Assembly (NCBI GenBank): GCA_020053355.1
Contig: JAGVNI010000007.1
Span: 5,557 to 69,556, forward strand
Length of the DNA stretch: 64,000 bases
From: an archaeon
Lineage (GTDB): Archaea > Micrarchaeota > Micrarchaeia > Anstonellales > Bilamarchaeaceae
Reading direction: 5' to 3'
Positions 9,439 to 18,867 of this stretch are shown in pieces. Position 1 is the first letter of the stretch, and every line of letters begins with the position of its first letter. The translations under genes were made by a program, and so were the position numbers. The notes under the pieces are model-generated. The model made no database searches. It saw only the letters and a list, made by a program, of their open reading frames with translations, and was not told the DNA's origin.

Positions 9439-10698
9439 ATGCTTGGCACTGCACTGGCCCTATTTGAGATGAAGCGCAACCAGTGGCGAAGCCCACACGA
9501 CCTGCGCGAAATCTCGGAAAAGAAGATGCTCGCCCTGCTTGCGCATGCCAAAGGCACGACCTCGTTCTACAAAACGCGCCTTTCCCTCCCTGCAGCCGCG
9601 GTGCGGAGCCTGGATGACCTCCCTTCCGTTCCGACGACCAGCAAGGCGGACGTCCGGGACCAGCCTGCCTCTTTCATCAGTTCCGCATTTCCCCAATCAT
9701 CGCTCCGCCAGACGCACACCTCCGGTTCCACCGGGGTCCAGGTCCCGCTCTATTTCACGGAATCCGAATCCTCATACGGAATCGCGCTCGAGACGCATCA
9801 ATTGACAGAGTGCGGGGCCGGGCCATTCGACCTCCAGGCAAGGATAACCCATTACGAGTCGGCGCCGAACCTCCTCCAGCGTTTTGGGGTTTTCCGGTGC
9901 AGTTACCTGCCGGTGCAAGGCGAAGAATCCGACAACCTGCGCGCTCTCTCGCTTATGCGCCCAGGCATCGTAATCTCATACCCGTCCATTCTCCTGCCGC
10001 TCGCGCGCATCAACCAGTCGGAGAAGCGGAACCTGAAATTCAAGATGGCATTGGCCGGCGGAGAACTGCTCGCGCCATCTGCAAGGCAGGCCATATCCAG
10101 CTCGTTTAGCTGCCCAATCTATGACCGCTACGGTTCCATGGAAAGCTCATGGGCCGCATGGGAATGCAAGGACGGTTCCCTCCATATCCAGGACGACTGG
10201 GTTTACCTGGAAATCCTTGATAAGCAGGGCGTCCCGGTCAAGGATGGCAGGGAGGGCAGCATCGCCCTCACCCCCCTCTGGCGCAAGGCGATGCCGCTGA
10301 TTAGGTACCAAAGCGGCGACATCGGCGCAATTGGCGGGCGCTGCCGCTGCGGGCGCGGGCTCCGCACGCTTAAACTAAGGGCGGGGCGCGAAGACGATGT
10401 CATCGTGCTTCCAAGCGGGCGCATCCGCTCAGCGCGCTCGATAAACCTCATGGACGACATCCGGGGCATACTCGCCTACCAGATTGTCCAGGAAAGCCCG
10501 GGGCTCTTCATATTCCGCTACGTCCCAGGGACCGGTTTGGGCGAGCAGGGGAAGTCAGAAATCCAAAGAAGAATCGGGCATGGCTGCCTCGGCGAAAAAG
10601 TCCAGGTGGAGTTCGTTTCCCTGGATTCCATCCCAAGGGGCCGGACCGGAAAACTCCGGACGGTCATATCCAAAGTGCGGCCGGATGCGCGCGTTTGA
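9439..10698 (+). CDS. phenylacetate-CoA ligase-like (PaaK/CapK family) adenylate-forming enzyme, copy 1
   Basis: TSGSTG loop, YGSME, PLIRYQSGD, CRCGR, GREDD, TGKLR. Confidence 0.88.
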   Translation: MLGTALALFEMKRNQWRSPHDLREISEKKMLALLAHAKGTTSFYKTRLSLPAAAVRSLDDLPSVPTTSKADVRDQPASFISSAFPQSSLRQTHTSGSTGVQVPLYFTESESSYGIALETHQLTECGAGPFDLQARITHYESAPNLLQRFGVFRCSYLPVQGEESDNLRALSLMRPGIVISYPSILLPLARINQSEKRNLKFKMALAGGELLAPSARQAISSSFSCPIYDRYGSMESSWAAWECKDGSLHIQDDWVYLEILDKQGVPVKDGREGSIALTPLWRKAMPLIRYQSGDIGAIGGRCRCGRGLRTLKLRAGREDDVIVLPSGRIRSARSINLMDDIRGILAYQIVQESPGLFIFRYVPGTGLGEQGKSEIQRRIGHGCLGEKVQVEFVSLDSIPRGRTGKLRTVISKVRPDARV

Positions 10699-10752
10699 AT
10701 CTGTGCGCTTGAGCGGCATGCGTTTGCAAAAAGGGGAAAACCGGCGATTGAC

Positions 10753-11373
10753 ATGGAGATTGACATCAGAAAAGCCCGGCACGGGGATTTCCCGGCGCTC
10801 CCCTCGATTTTCCGGAATGCCAATGACACCCTGAGAAAGAGCCGCGGAGGCACCCACCCCGATGCGGATGTGGAACTGCTGAACCGGATGTCGGATTCAG
10901 GATTGCTGGGAATCCTCCGCAGGGGCGCAGTCATTTTCGTAGCCGAGGTGAAGGGCACCAATCAATTGGTTGGGATGGGGGCAATCACCGATAACCTCCC
11001 TGCGCGCCTGATGGGTTCCACCTACAGCCGCAGCCACTACGTCCTTGAATCATTCCAGAAGGGGAAATCCGGGGTCAGTGTGGGCCGGCTTCTTCGTGAA
11101 GCGACGCTGGCCGAGGCCAGGAGGCTCGGCTTCCGGAAGATGTACGGCTACTCGACCCCTGAGGCGGCCGGCTACCATAAGAAATTCGGGGCGGTGTTCT
11201 ATCCGCGCTACAACGCCTGCCTGGTGGGCACGGTGGTCCTGCAATATTACGAGATAGAACTGCGCAAAAGCATCCTGAACGGCCTGCATGTCGAGCCGTA
11301 TGCGTACCGGGCCGGGATGCTTCTGGGGTCTGCCCTCGGGTTCATCCGAAGGCGCATGCGTTCCGGGCGCTAA
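10753..11373 (+). CDS. GNAT family acyltransferase, copy 1
   Basis: IRKA...D N-terminus, YV...FQKGKSGVSVGRLL motif A variant, A.GYHKKFG. Confidence 0.8.
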   Translation: MEIDIRKARHGDFPALPSIFRNANDTLRKSRGGTHPDADVELLNRMSDSGLLGILRRGAVIFVAEVKGTNQLVGMGAITDNLPARLMGSTYSRSHYVLESFQKGKSGVSVGRLLREATLAEARRLGFRKMYGYSTPEAAGYHKKFGAVFYPRYNACLVGTVVLQYYEIELRKSILNGLHVEPYAYRAGMLLGSALGFIRRRMRSGR

Positions 11374-11386
11374 ACTGCGGAATCCG

Positions 11387-11455
11387 CTTTTCGTCATCTT
11401 TTCGTCATATGACGACTTGCCCGGCGGCAGCCGCATAGGTTTAAAATTTCGTTCC
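11387..11455 (+). promoter_or_regulatory. proB promoter with tandem repeat, palindrome and TATA box
   Basis: CTTTTCGTCAT x2 (11387-11408), palindrome TCGTCATATGACGA (11402-11415), TTTAAA 11440-11445. Confidence 0.5.
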
Positions 11456-11470
11456 GGCTGCTAACACAAT

Positions 11471-12556
11471 ATGCGCATTGTCCTCAAGCTAGGCAGCTCC
11501 CTGCTCAATGGCGGGCGGGGGGTGAATACGATATTCATCGACCAGCTTGCGAGCCAGATACTCGGGATGGAAGGCCACGAATTCGCGATTGTCACATCTG
11601 GCGCCATCTCGACCGGGATGAAGAAGCTGAACCTCGCGCAGAAACCCAAGGACGTGGCCATGCTGCAGGCGCTTGCGGCAATCGGCCAGAGCGACCTCAT
11701 GAACGCATACGAGAACGCGTTCGAAGACCGGAGGACGCTCGCGCAGGTGCTTCTCACAAACTACGATTTCTCGAACCGCATGAAATACATGAACATCCGG
11801 AACACCCTCAATACGCTGCTTTCCCACAAGGTGATACCGGTGATAAACGAGAACGATACGGTGACGGTGCTCGACATCAAGAAATCCGCGTTCGGCGACA
11901 ACGACGCCCTCGCGGCGCATGTGGCTGTCGCGATTGACGCCGACCTCCTGCTGATTTTCACGGATGTGGAGGGCCTCTACGACCGCAATCCCACGGATGC
12001 CGGCGCGACGCTGATACGCGAGGTCAAGAGCGTGACGGATACTGAGCTGGGGATGTGCTCCGGCGAAAGCGCGCTCGGCCGGGGCGGCATGGCCGCGAAG
12101 CTGCGCGCGGCCAAGATAGCGACCGAAGCCTCGGTGAAAGTCATCGTGGCGAATGGCACGGCCAAAGACGCCCTTCGCAAGGCCGTTGCGGGGGAAATCG
12201 GGACGTCGTTCGTCCCGGCGCAGACGCCGAAATTGTCCGAAGGGAAGCACTGGCTCGCCTTCGCATCCGAACCTAAGGGCCGCATCATCATAAAGGAAAG
12301 CGCCATGTCGTGCGCGATAGGCAAAAGCTGCGGAATCGCCCCGGGCGATGTCACCGGAGTCAGCGGCAATTTCGACAAGGGTGATGTAATCGAGCTGGCG
12401 TCTTCGGACGGGAGAGTGCTCTGCAAGGGCATCACGAATTATTTCTCGCATGAACTGGAGCGCATCAAGGGCAAGGACCTTGAGTCGATATGCCGGGAAC
12501 TGGGCTTCGTATATACGGAAGTCGTGGGAAGCTCGGACATGGCGGTCATAGGTTGA
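11471..12556 (+). CDS. proB: glutamate 5-kinase with PUA domain
   Basis: IVLKLGSS, VTSGAI, PVINENDTV, FGDND, GRGGMAAKL, C-terminal PUA domain. Confidence 0.96.
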   Translation: MRIVLKLGSSLLNGGRGVNTIFIDQLASQILGMEGHEFAIVTSGAISTGMKKLNLAQKPKDVAMLQALAAIGQSDLMNAYENAFEDRRTLAQVLLTNYDFSNRMKYMNIRNTLNTLLSHKVIPVINENDTVTVLDIKKSAFGDNDALAAHVAVAIDADLLLIFTDVEGLYDRNPTDAGATLIREVKSVTDTELGMCSGESALGRGGMAAKLRAAKIATEASVKVIVANGTAKDALRKAVAGEIGTSFVPAQTPKLSEGKHWLAFASEPKGRIIIKESAMSCAIGKSCGIAPGDVTGVSGNFDKGDVIELASSDGRVLCKGITNYFSHELERIKGKDLESICRELGFVYTEVVGSSDMAVIG

Positions 12557-12573
12557 TTCCAAGGGGTGGTGGA

Positions 12574-13821
12574 GTGGACGCGGAAAAATACGTTTATGGC
12601 CTTCTGGAGGATGCCAGGATTGCCGGGCAGAATCTCGCATCGATGGATGATGCGGGCAGGAATATCCTGCTTGTGCGGATGGCGGCGAAACTGGAAGCGG
12701 ACGCGCAGGAAATCGTCAAGGCGAATGCCTTGGATGTGGATGCCGCAAGGGCAAAGATGACCAAAAGCGAGCTGGACCGCCTCGCACTTAGTCCCGAGCG
12801 AATCAAGGCCATCGCTTCCGACATCCTGGCCGTGGCGAAACTGCCCGACCCATTGAAGGGCGAAGAGAGCTGGGCAGTGCCAAGCGGCCTCCGAATCCGG
12901 AAGGTCCGGGTCCCCTTCGGCGTCATCGGAGTCATTTACGAGAACCGCCCGAACGTGACAATCGACATAGCATCCCTATGCCTGAAAAGCGGGAACGCAT
13001 GCTTGCTGAGAGGGAGTGCCAGCGCATTGAATTCCAACCGCGCCCTGATAAAGGCGATCTCGCCTGTTCTGGAAGCCGCAGGCCTAAAAGGCGCGGTCTC
13101 CTTCGTGGATACGCCGGACCGGAAAGCTGTGGACGTCATGATGAAGGCCCGGGGCCGCCTTGACCTTCTGATACCCAGAGGCGGGGCGGGCCTGATAGCC
13201 CACACGATAGAGAACTCGCGCGTCCCTGTGATAGAGACGGGAACCGGCAACTGCCACGTGTTCGTGGATGAGAGCGCGGATTTGGAGATGGCAAAAAGGA
13301 TTGTCATCAACGCGAAGACGCAGAGGCCGAGCGTGTGCAACGCCGAAGAGAAGCTGCTGGTTCATAGGAACGTGGCAAATGCGTTCATTCCGATGATGGC
13401 AAAAGCCCTCCGGGAAAAAGGCGTGGAAATCCGCGGCTGCTCCGAGACGCTCAAGCTCGTCCCGGACGCGGTCCCAGCCAAGGAAGGCGACTGGCCGAAG
13501 GAATATCTCGACCTGATTATAGCAATCAAGGTCGTCTCCGGAGTGGATGAGGCAATCGCGCACATCAACAAATACAACTCGAAGCACACCGAGGCGATAA
13601 TCACGGAAAACCGCCGGAACGCGGAACTCTTCACCCGCAACGTCGACGCGGCGGCAGTGATGGTGAACGCATCCACACGCTTCACGGATGGAGGTCAGTT
13701 TGGTTTCGGGGCCGAAGTCGGCATCTCCACGCAAAAACTCCATGCAAGGGGGCCGATGGGCGTCCGCGAGCTGACAACCTACAAGTACATAGTCGAAGGG
13801 AACGGGCAGGTCCGCGGGTAG
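12574..13821 (+). CDS. proA: gamma-glutamyl phosphate reductase
   Basis: VPFGVIGVIYENRPNVT, QRPSVCNA, NASTRFTDG, ISTQKLHARGPMG; GTG start after GGTGG. Confidence 0.96.
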   Translation: MDAEKYVYGLLEDARIAGQNLASMDDAGRNILLVRMAAKLEADAQEIVKANALDVDAARAKMTKSELDRLALSPERIKAIASDILAVAKLPDPLKGEESWAVPSGLRIRKVRVPFGVIGVIYENRPNVTIDIASLCLKSGNACLLRGSASALNSNRALIKAISPVLEAAGLKGAVSFVDTPDRKAVDVMMKARGRLDLLIPRGGAGLIAHTIENSRVPVIETGTGNCHVFVDESADLEMAKRIVINAKTQRPSVCNAEEKLLVHRNVANAFIPMMAKALREKGVEIRGCSETLKLVPDAVPAKEGDWPKEYLDLIIAIKVVSGVDEAIAHINKYNSKHTEAIITENRRNAELFTRNVDAAAVMVNASTRFTDGGQFGFGAEVGISTQKLHARGPMGVRELTTYKYIVEGNGQVRG

Positions 13822-13895
13822 CCTATCCGCGCGGGCCGGGCGGGCGTTCGATTGGCTATTAATTGTGTTTGCGCCTAAAACGGCTTGGTGTTCTC

Positions 13896-14654
13896 ATGAG
13901 AATCGCGATTATAGGAATCGGAAGGCTCGGAAGCGTCTTCGCGCGCGTATTGTCCAGGGGCCACGAGCTCCTACTTATCGACCGGGATTTCGAAGCCGCC
14001 AGGGTCGTGGCATCCGAAATCGGCGCGCAGCCCATCAAGGACATTGCGGAAGCGAGGACGTGCGACATGGCGATAATCACCGTCAAGCCCGCGCATGTGG
14101 AAGAAGTCGTCCGGCAAATCAAGGACGCGCAGCTAATCGTATCGTGCGCTGCCGGGGTTCCAATCCGGAAGCTCGAATCCTTCGGCGCGGAGAGGGTAAT
14201 CCGCGTCATGCCGAATATCTGCGCGGAAGTCGGCGAGGCGGTGATAGCCTACGCTCTCCATCCCGAAGTCGAGAAGAAGGAAAAGGTTTTCATGACCGCG
14301 TTTTCCTCGCTTGGAATGTGCATCAAGACCGACGAGAGCCATCTCGACACCATCACCGGGGCATCAGGCTCGGGCCCTGCGTTCGTCGCCTTCTTCGCCG
14401 AAGCGATGATTGAGGAAGCCGTGAAAAACGGGCTTGCCCGCGAGACCGCGGAAAAATGCGTCGCGCAGACGTTCCTTGGCACGGGGAAGCTCATGCGCAG
14501 CGGCTGGAGCGCGCAAAAAATAATCGAGACGGTCGCAAGCCCCGGGGGGACGACCGAAGCCGGCCTCAAGATGCTCGAATCGAAAGGCGCGAACAAAGCC
14601 ATCCACGAGGCTGTCCGCTACGCAGCGCACAAGGCCCGGGAGCTTGGAAAATAG
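13896..14654 (+). CDS. proC: pyrroline-5-carboxylate reductase
   Basis: GIGRLG Rossmann motif, RVMPN, SGSGPAF, SPGGTT. Confidence 0.95.
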   Translation: MRIAIIGIGRLGSVFARVLSRGHELLLIDRDFEAARVVASEIGAQPIKDIAEARTCDMAIITVKPAHVEEVVRQIKDAQLIVSCAAGVPIRKLESFGAERVIRVMPNICAEVGEAVIAYALHPEVEKKEKVFMTAFSSLGMCIKTDESHLDTITGASGSGPAFVAFFAEAMIEEAVKNGLARETAEKCVAQTFLGTGKLMRSGWSAQKIIETVASPGGTTEAGLKMLESKGANKAIHEAVRYAAHKARELGK

Positions 14655-14685
14655 CATTAAAATATCAGGCTCGCGATAATCCTTC

Positions 14686-15954
14686 GTGGGATTCCCTGAT
14701 TTTCTGGCCGAGGGCCTTGCTTTAGCGTCGCACAGGCGCAACCAGTGGAAAAGCCCGGGCAGCATCGAAGAAATGCAGGGCGAAAAACTCCAAACGCTGG
14801 CCGCCCATGCATTTACGCGCGTCCCATTCTATAAAAATCGGTTCCAGGGCTCCGGCATCAGCGGCATGCGGTCGCTGGAAGACCTCCGGTCGCTGCCAAT
14901 CACGGCAAAGGATGATGTGCGGCGGCATGCAGATGCCATGATTTGCTCAGGGCTTTCCAAGGATTCCCTTTACCGGTTCAGCACGACTGGCACAACCGGA
15001 AGCCCGACCGTCCATTACATGGACCATAGCGACGCCATACGTGGCGCAGCGCTGCGCCAGTTCACATTCATGGAATGCGGTTTTGCGCCCGGCGACATCC
15101 TTGCGAACCTGGCTTTCAGCCGGATGCCCCGCTTCCCCATGCAGCCCCTTCTCTACCGGGTAAAAAGCATCCATCCGGCTGAAGATTTGGAGAAAAGTTA
15201 TCGGGCGCTCAAGGCTGCAGCGCCTTCCATCGTTTTCGCGTACCCCTCCGTGCTCGCCATAATGGCCGACATGAACCTCCGCTCAACCTTTCCGCTGCAT
15301 TTTTCGAAAGCGGTGTCCGTATCGGAGATGTTACAGCCCGGGGCGCGGAAAATCATCCAGGAATCATTCGGGTGCAGCATCCGCAACTATTACGGCTCGA
15401 GCGAATGCTGGGCCATGGCATGGGAATGCGAGAATGGCAGCCTGCACATCAACTCCGATTCAGTTATCTTAGAAGCGGTGGACAGTGCCGGCCTTCCTGT
15501 GAAGGACGGGGAGGTTGGCGACCTGCTGATAACGCTTCTATGGAAGTATTCCATGCCGTTCCTCAGGTATCAAATCGGGGACCGGGGCCGGCTTGGCTCT
15601 CATTGTCCCTGCGGCCGCGGTTTGCAGGTCCTGAAATCTTTGGAGGGGCGGACCACCGACTACATCACCCTGCCCAGCGGCAAGCGCTTCCCGTGGATGT
15701 TCACCGAGACGCCCTTTGGCCAGACGGACGGCATCATCTCTTACCAGGTCGTGCAGGAAACCCGGGGGTCGCTCAATATGAAACTCATCGTGGCGCCGGG
15801 GGCCCCGCCCGGCATAAGGGGCGTTGTGAAATCCAGGCTGCTCTCGTACCTTCCGGAGAAGATGGACATGCAGGTTGAAATCGTGGACAGCATCCAGCGC
15901 TCGGGGCGCGGAAAGGCGCGCGATTTCATATCGAAGATAAAACCCCCGAACTGA
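14686..15954 (+). CDS. PaaK/CapK family adenylate-forming enzyme, copy 2
   Basis: TTGTTGSP, YGSSE, PFLRYQIGD, CPCGR, EGRTTD; paralogous to copy 1. Confidence 0.88.
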   Translation: MGFPDFLAEGLALASHRRNQWKSPGSIEEMQGEKLQTLAAHAFTRVPFYKNRFQGSGISGMRSLEDLRSLPITAKDDVRRHADAMICSGLSKDSLYRFSTTGTTGSPTVHYMDHSDAIRGAALRQFTFMECGFAPGDILANLAFSRMPRFPMQPLLYRVKSIHPAEDLEKSYRALKAAAPSIVFAYPSVLAIMADMNLRSTFPLHFSKAVSVSEMLQPGARKIIQESFGCSIRNYYGSSECWAMAWECENGSLHINSDSVILEAVDSAGLPVKDGEVGDLLITLLWKYSMPFLRYQIGDRGRLGSHCPCGRGLQVLKSLEGRTTDYITLPSGKRFPWMFTETPFGQTDGIISYQVVQETRGSLNMKLIVAPGAPPGIRGVVKSRLLSYLPEKMDMQVEIVDSIQRSGRGKARDFISKIKPPN

Positions 15955-16016
15955 GCATGCCGCGACGGGATGCGGGCATTTAAATTTCGTTCCCCCAATC
16001 ATAACTGGCGGGTACT

Positions 16017-16913
16017 ATGGAAGATGGCGAGAACGAGATTTATGGCATGCCCGGAAGCTCCGAGCTGCCGCTTGCGAGAAAACTCATTATCAATGCGGCG
16101 CTGACAGGCAACTTCTCATCGAAAGCGGCCAACCCGGACGTCCCATGCACCCCGGACGAGATTGCCAATGACGCGCACCGGTGCTACGGGGCCGGCGCGA
16201 CTTTCTTCCACATCCATGCCCGCGAAGACGATGGGAAACCGTCCTGCAGGAAGGAACTGTACGAAGAAATAATATCGAAAGTCCGGAAAAAATGCCCGCT
16301 CGGCATCATATGCGCGACGACAAGCGGCCGGGTGTTCAAGACGCTCGAGCAGCGCTCGGCCGTGCTTGATTTGGAAGGCGATGCGAGGCCTGATTTCGCC
16401 TCCCTTTCCATGGGCTCGATGAATTTTCCGACTGAACCCAGCGTCAATTCTCCTGAGATGATAGAGCGCCTTGCCAGGCGCATGATGGAGCGGGATATCC
16501 GGCCCGAACTGGAGGTTTTCGAGACCGGGATGATTAATTATGCCGCGTACCTCAGGCGCAAGGGGTTCTTCAAGGCACCCCTGTATGTCAACCTTTTCTT
16601 CGGCCTTCTTGGCACCATGCCCGGGCGCTTCGTGGACATCGTCCACCAGGTCAGCAGCCTCCCTCCGGATTCGGTATGGGGGGCGGCCGGTGGCGGGCGT
16701 TTCCAGCTTCCGGTGAACATGTCCGCGATGGTCATGGGCGGGCATGTCCGCGTCGGCCTTGAGGACAACCTCTACTATGACTATGGCAAGACCGTCCCGG
16801 CCACCAACGTGATGCTCATCAAGAGGATCGCCCGTATCGCGGGCGAGCTTGGAAGGCCCATCGCAACTCCTAACGAGGCAAGGGAAATCCTCGGGATGAC
16901 GGAGAGGAGATGA
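16017..16913 (+). CDS. beta-keto acid cleavage enzyme (BKACE/Kce family, 3-keto-5-aminohexanoate cleavage-like)
   Basis: IINAALTG, HIHAR metal motif, PELEVF, GGHVRVGLEDN, ATPNEAREIL. Confidence 0.93.
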   Translation: MEDGENEIYGMPGSSELPLARKLIINAALTGNFSSKAANPDVPCTPDEIANDAHRCYGAGATFFHIHAREDDGKPSCRKELYEEIISKVRKKCPLGIICATTSGRVFKTLEQRSAVLDLEGDARPDFASLSMGSMNFPTEPSVNSPEMIERLARRMMERDIRPELEVFETGMINYAAYLRRKGFFKAPLYVNLFFGLLGTMPGRFVDIVHQVSSLPPDSVWGAAGGGRFQLPVNMSAMVMGGHVRVGLEDNLYYDYGKTVPATNVMLIKRIARIAGELGRPIATPNEAREILGMTERR

Positions 16914-18235
16914 CCTGGCTCGGGGGAAAAATCATGGGAACATTGGATGGCGCCTGGAATCTCGCGCGTTTCCTTTCAGAGCAATGGAAGGGGCCGGACG
17001 AACTGCGGAAGCTGCAGGGGCGGCGCCTGGAAAAAGCCCTTGAGCTGTCTTATTCCGCCCCGTTCTACCGGAAAAAGATGGACGCCGCGCACCTTCGCCC
17101 ATCCGGAGGCATGGAAACCCTTCAGGAGCTTCCGGTGACGACCAAGGATGACATCCAGCGCGACCCGGATTCATTCCTGTCTTCTCTCCGCCAAGAAACG
17201 CATGTCAGTCATGAGACGACCGGCTCCACCGGCAAGCCCCTTAGGGTATTGATGGACCGCAAATCCGCGACCCTGCGCACCTCCCTCCTCTTCTCGAACC
17301 TGTTTTCCTGCGGAATAAAGCCGTTCAGCCTGACTGCCAAGCTTGTTTTCAAGGGCAACTCCGGGCAATACGGGGCGCTCCGTTCCTATGGGATACTGCC
17401 CATCCTATCCCTGGACATCCTGGATGACGAGAGGAAAAACCTGGAAATCATCCGTCGCGCCAAGGCAGAGGCGCTTTGCTACTACCCTTCCGCGACCACG
17501 CTCCTTGCCCGGGCGAATTTGGAATCAGCTAAGCCGCTGCGGCTCAAGCGCGTCCTTTCCGGTTCCGAGCTGCTGACGCCGGACTGGCGCAAGCTTCTTG
17601 AGGAATCATTCTCCTGCCCTGTATTCGACCTCTATGGATGCTGGGAGTTCGGCTCGATAGCCTTTGAATGCCCGGAAGAGCACGGCTTGCATGTGAATAC
17701 GGGCACATTCTTCATGGAAATCCTGGACTCCCGCGGGCGCCCGTGCGGGAACCGGCCCGGCAGGGTCGTCATGACCTCGCTAAGCAACATGGCGATGCCG
17801 CTCGTGCGTTACGATTTGGGGGACATCGCAACATGGGGCGGGCAATGCCCCTGCGGCCGCGGCCTTCCCCTCATAAAATCGCTTGAAGGCAGGGCTGATG
17901 ACATGGTCGTCCTGCCAAGCGGCACGCTCCGCTCCCCTCTTACGTTTCGGTTCACGGATTTGGAATGCGTCGCCAAGGGAATCCTCATGTACCAGCTTGT
18001 CCAGGAAAAAGAGGGCCTCTTCGTGTTCCGATACGTGCCTTCGGCCATAGGCCTTCCGGAGGGCTCAAAAAAATACATCGAGAAGCGGATAGTGATTGCC
18101 TGTCTCGGGGAGCCCGTAGTGGTGGAATTCGAGGAGGTGGAGGAAATAAAACGCAACCGCAGGGGGAAACTGGACCGGCTGATTTCCAGAGTGTCGCGGC
18201 GGCGCTCAATCCGGGCAGGCGGGGGCCCATCATGA
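16910..18235 (+). CDS. PaaK/CapK family adenylate-forming enzyme, copy 3
   Basis: TTGSTGKP, YGCWE, PLVRYDLGD, CPCGR, EGRADD; ATGA-coupled to BKACE. Confidence 0.88.
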   Translation: MTWLGGKIMGTLDGAWNLARFLSEQWKGPDELRKLQGRRLEKALELSYSAPFYRKKMDAAHLRPSGGMETLQELPVTTKDDIQRDPDSFLSSLRQETHVSHETTGSTGKPLRVLMDRKSATLRTSLLFSNLFSCGIKPFSLTAKLVFKGNSGQYGALRSYGILPILSLDILDDERKNLEIIRRAKAEALCYYPSATTLLARANLESAKPLRLKRVLSGSELLTPDWRKLLEESFSCPVFDLYGCWEFGSIAFECPEEHGLHVNTGTFFMEILDSRGRPCGNRPGRVVMTSLSNMAMPLVRYDLGDIATWGGQCPCGRGLPLIKSLEGRADDMVVLPSGTLRSPLTFRFTDLECVAKGILMYQLVQEKEGLFVFRYVPSAIGLPEGSKKYIEKRIVIACLGEPVVVEFEEVEEIKRNRRGKLDRLISRVSRRRSIRAGGGPS

Positions 18236-18867
18236 GCGTGGTCCTCCGCGAATACAAATCCACCGACCTTCCGGAGGTCGCGCAGGTCGTCAGGGACGGC
18301 TTCAACACGCTCCGTGAAAGCCGCGGCGGCCAGCACCCGGATGCCGAACTCGACAAATGGCTTTCAATGGGCGATTCTAAAATCGTCGCTTACGTCCTTT
18401 GCAGTGCGCAAGTATTCGTAGCCTATGATGAGGATACGGGAGAAATAGCCGGGATAGGCGCATTCACCGACCGTCGAATTGACCGAATTCTCGGAAGCGC
18501 CTACGTAAAAGGCCTCTATGTGCGTGAAAAATACCAAAGGGGCAAGGGCGGGGTCAAGGTCGGGAGCATGCTGAAGGACGAACGCATCAGGCGAGCCCGG
18601 GAGCGCGGCCTACGGAAAGTCTACGGTTTCTCTGTTCCGGAATCCAAGGGCTTCCATGAGAAGGCCGGGGCGACATTCTATCCGGAGCACGACTTCCATT
18701 ACATGAATGGCACGGTCCGCCTCGGCTACTACGAAATAATACTGAGAAAAAGCCCGTTGAACCCAGTCCGGATAGAGCCTTATCTCCACAAGGCCGGCAT
18801 GAAGCTCAACTATCTGAAGTGGGGGCTGCGCCGCTTATTGCATATCCCGCAGCTTGAACTTCAGTAA
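18232..18867 (+). CDS. GNAT family acyltransferase, copy 2
   Basis: Paralog of 10753-11373 (RESRGGQHPDA, YQRGKGGVKVG, YYEI.LRKS..EPY); ATGA-coupled to ligase 3. Confidence 0.8.
   Translation: MSVVLREYKSTDLPEVAQVVRDGFNTLRESRGGQHPDAELDKWLSMGDSKIVAYVLCSAQVFVAYDEDTGEIAGIGAFTDRRIDRILGSAYVKGLYVREKYQRGKGGVKVGSMLKDERIRRARERGLRKVYGFSVPESKGFHEKAGATFYPEHDFHYMNGTVRLGYYEIILRKSPLNPVRIEPYLHKAGMKLNYLKWGLRRLLHIPQLELQ

Noticed and set aside
11489..12640. 383-aa minus-strand ORF and the many similar long antisense ORFs (e.g. 44166-45278, 31588-32286)
   Set aside because: Shadows of well-supported genes, as expected with high-GC codon usage.
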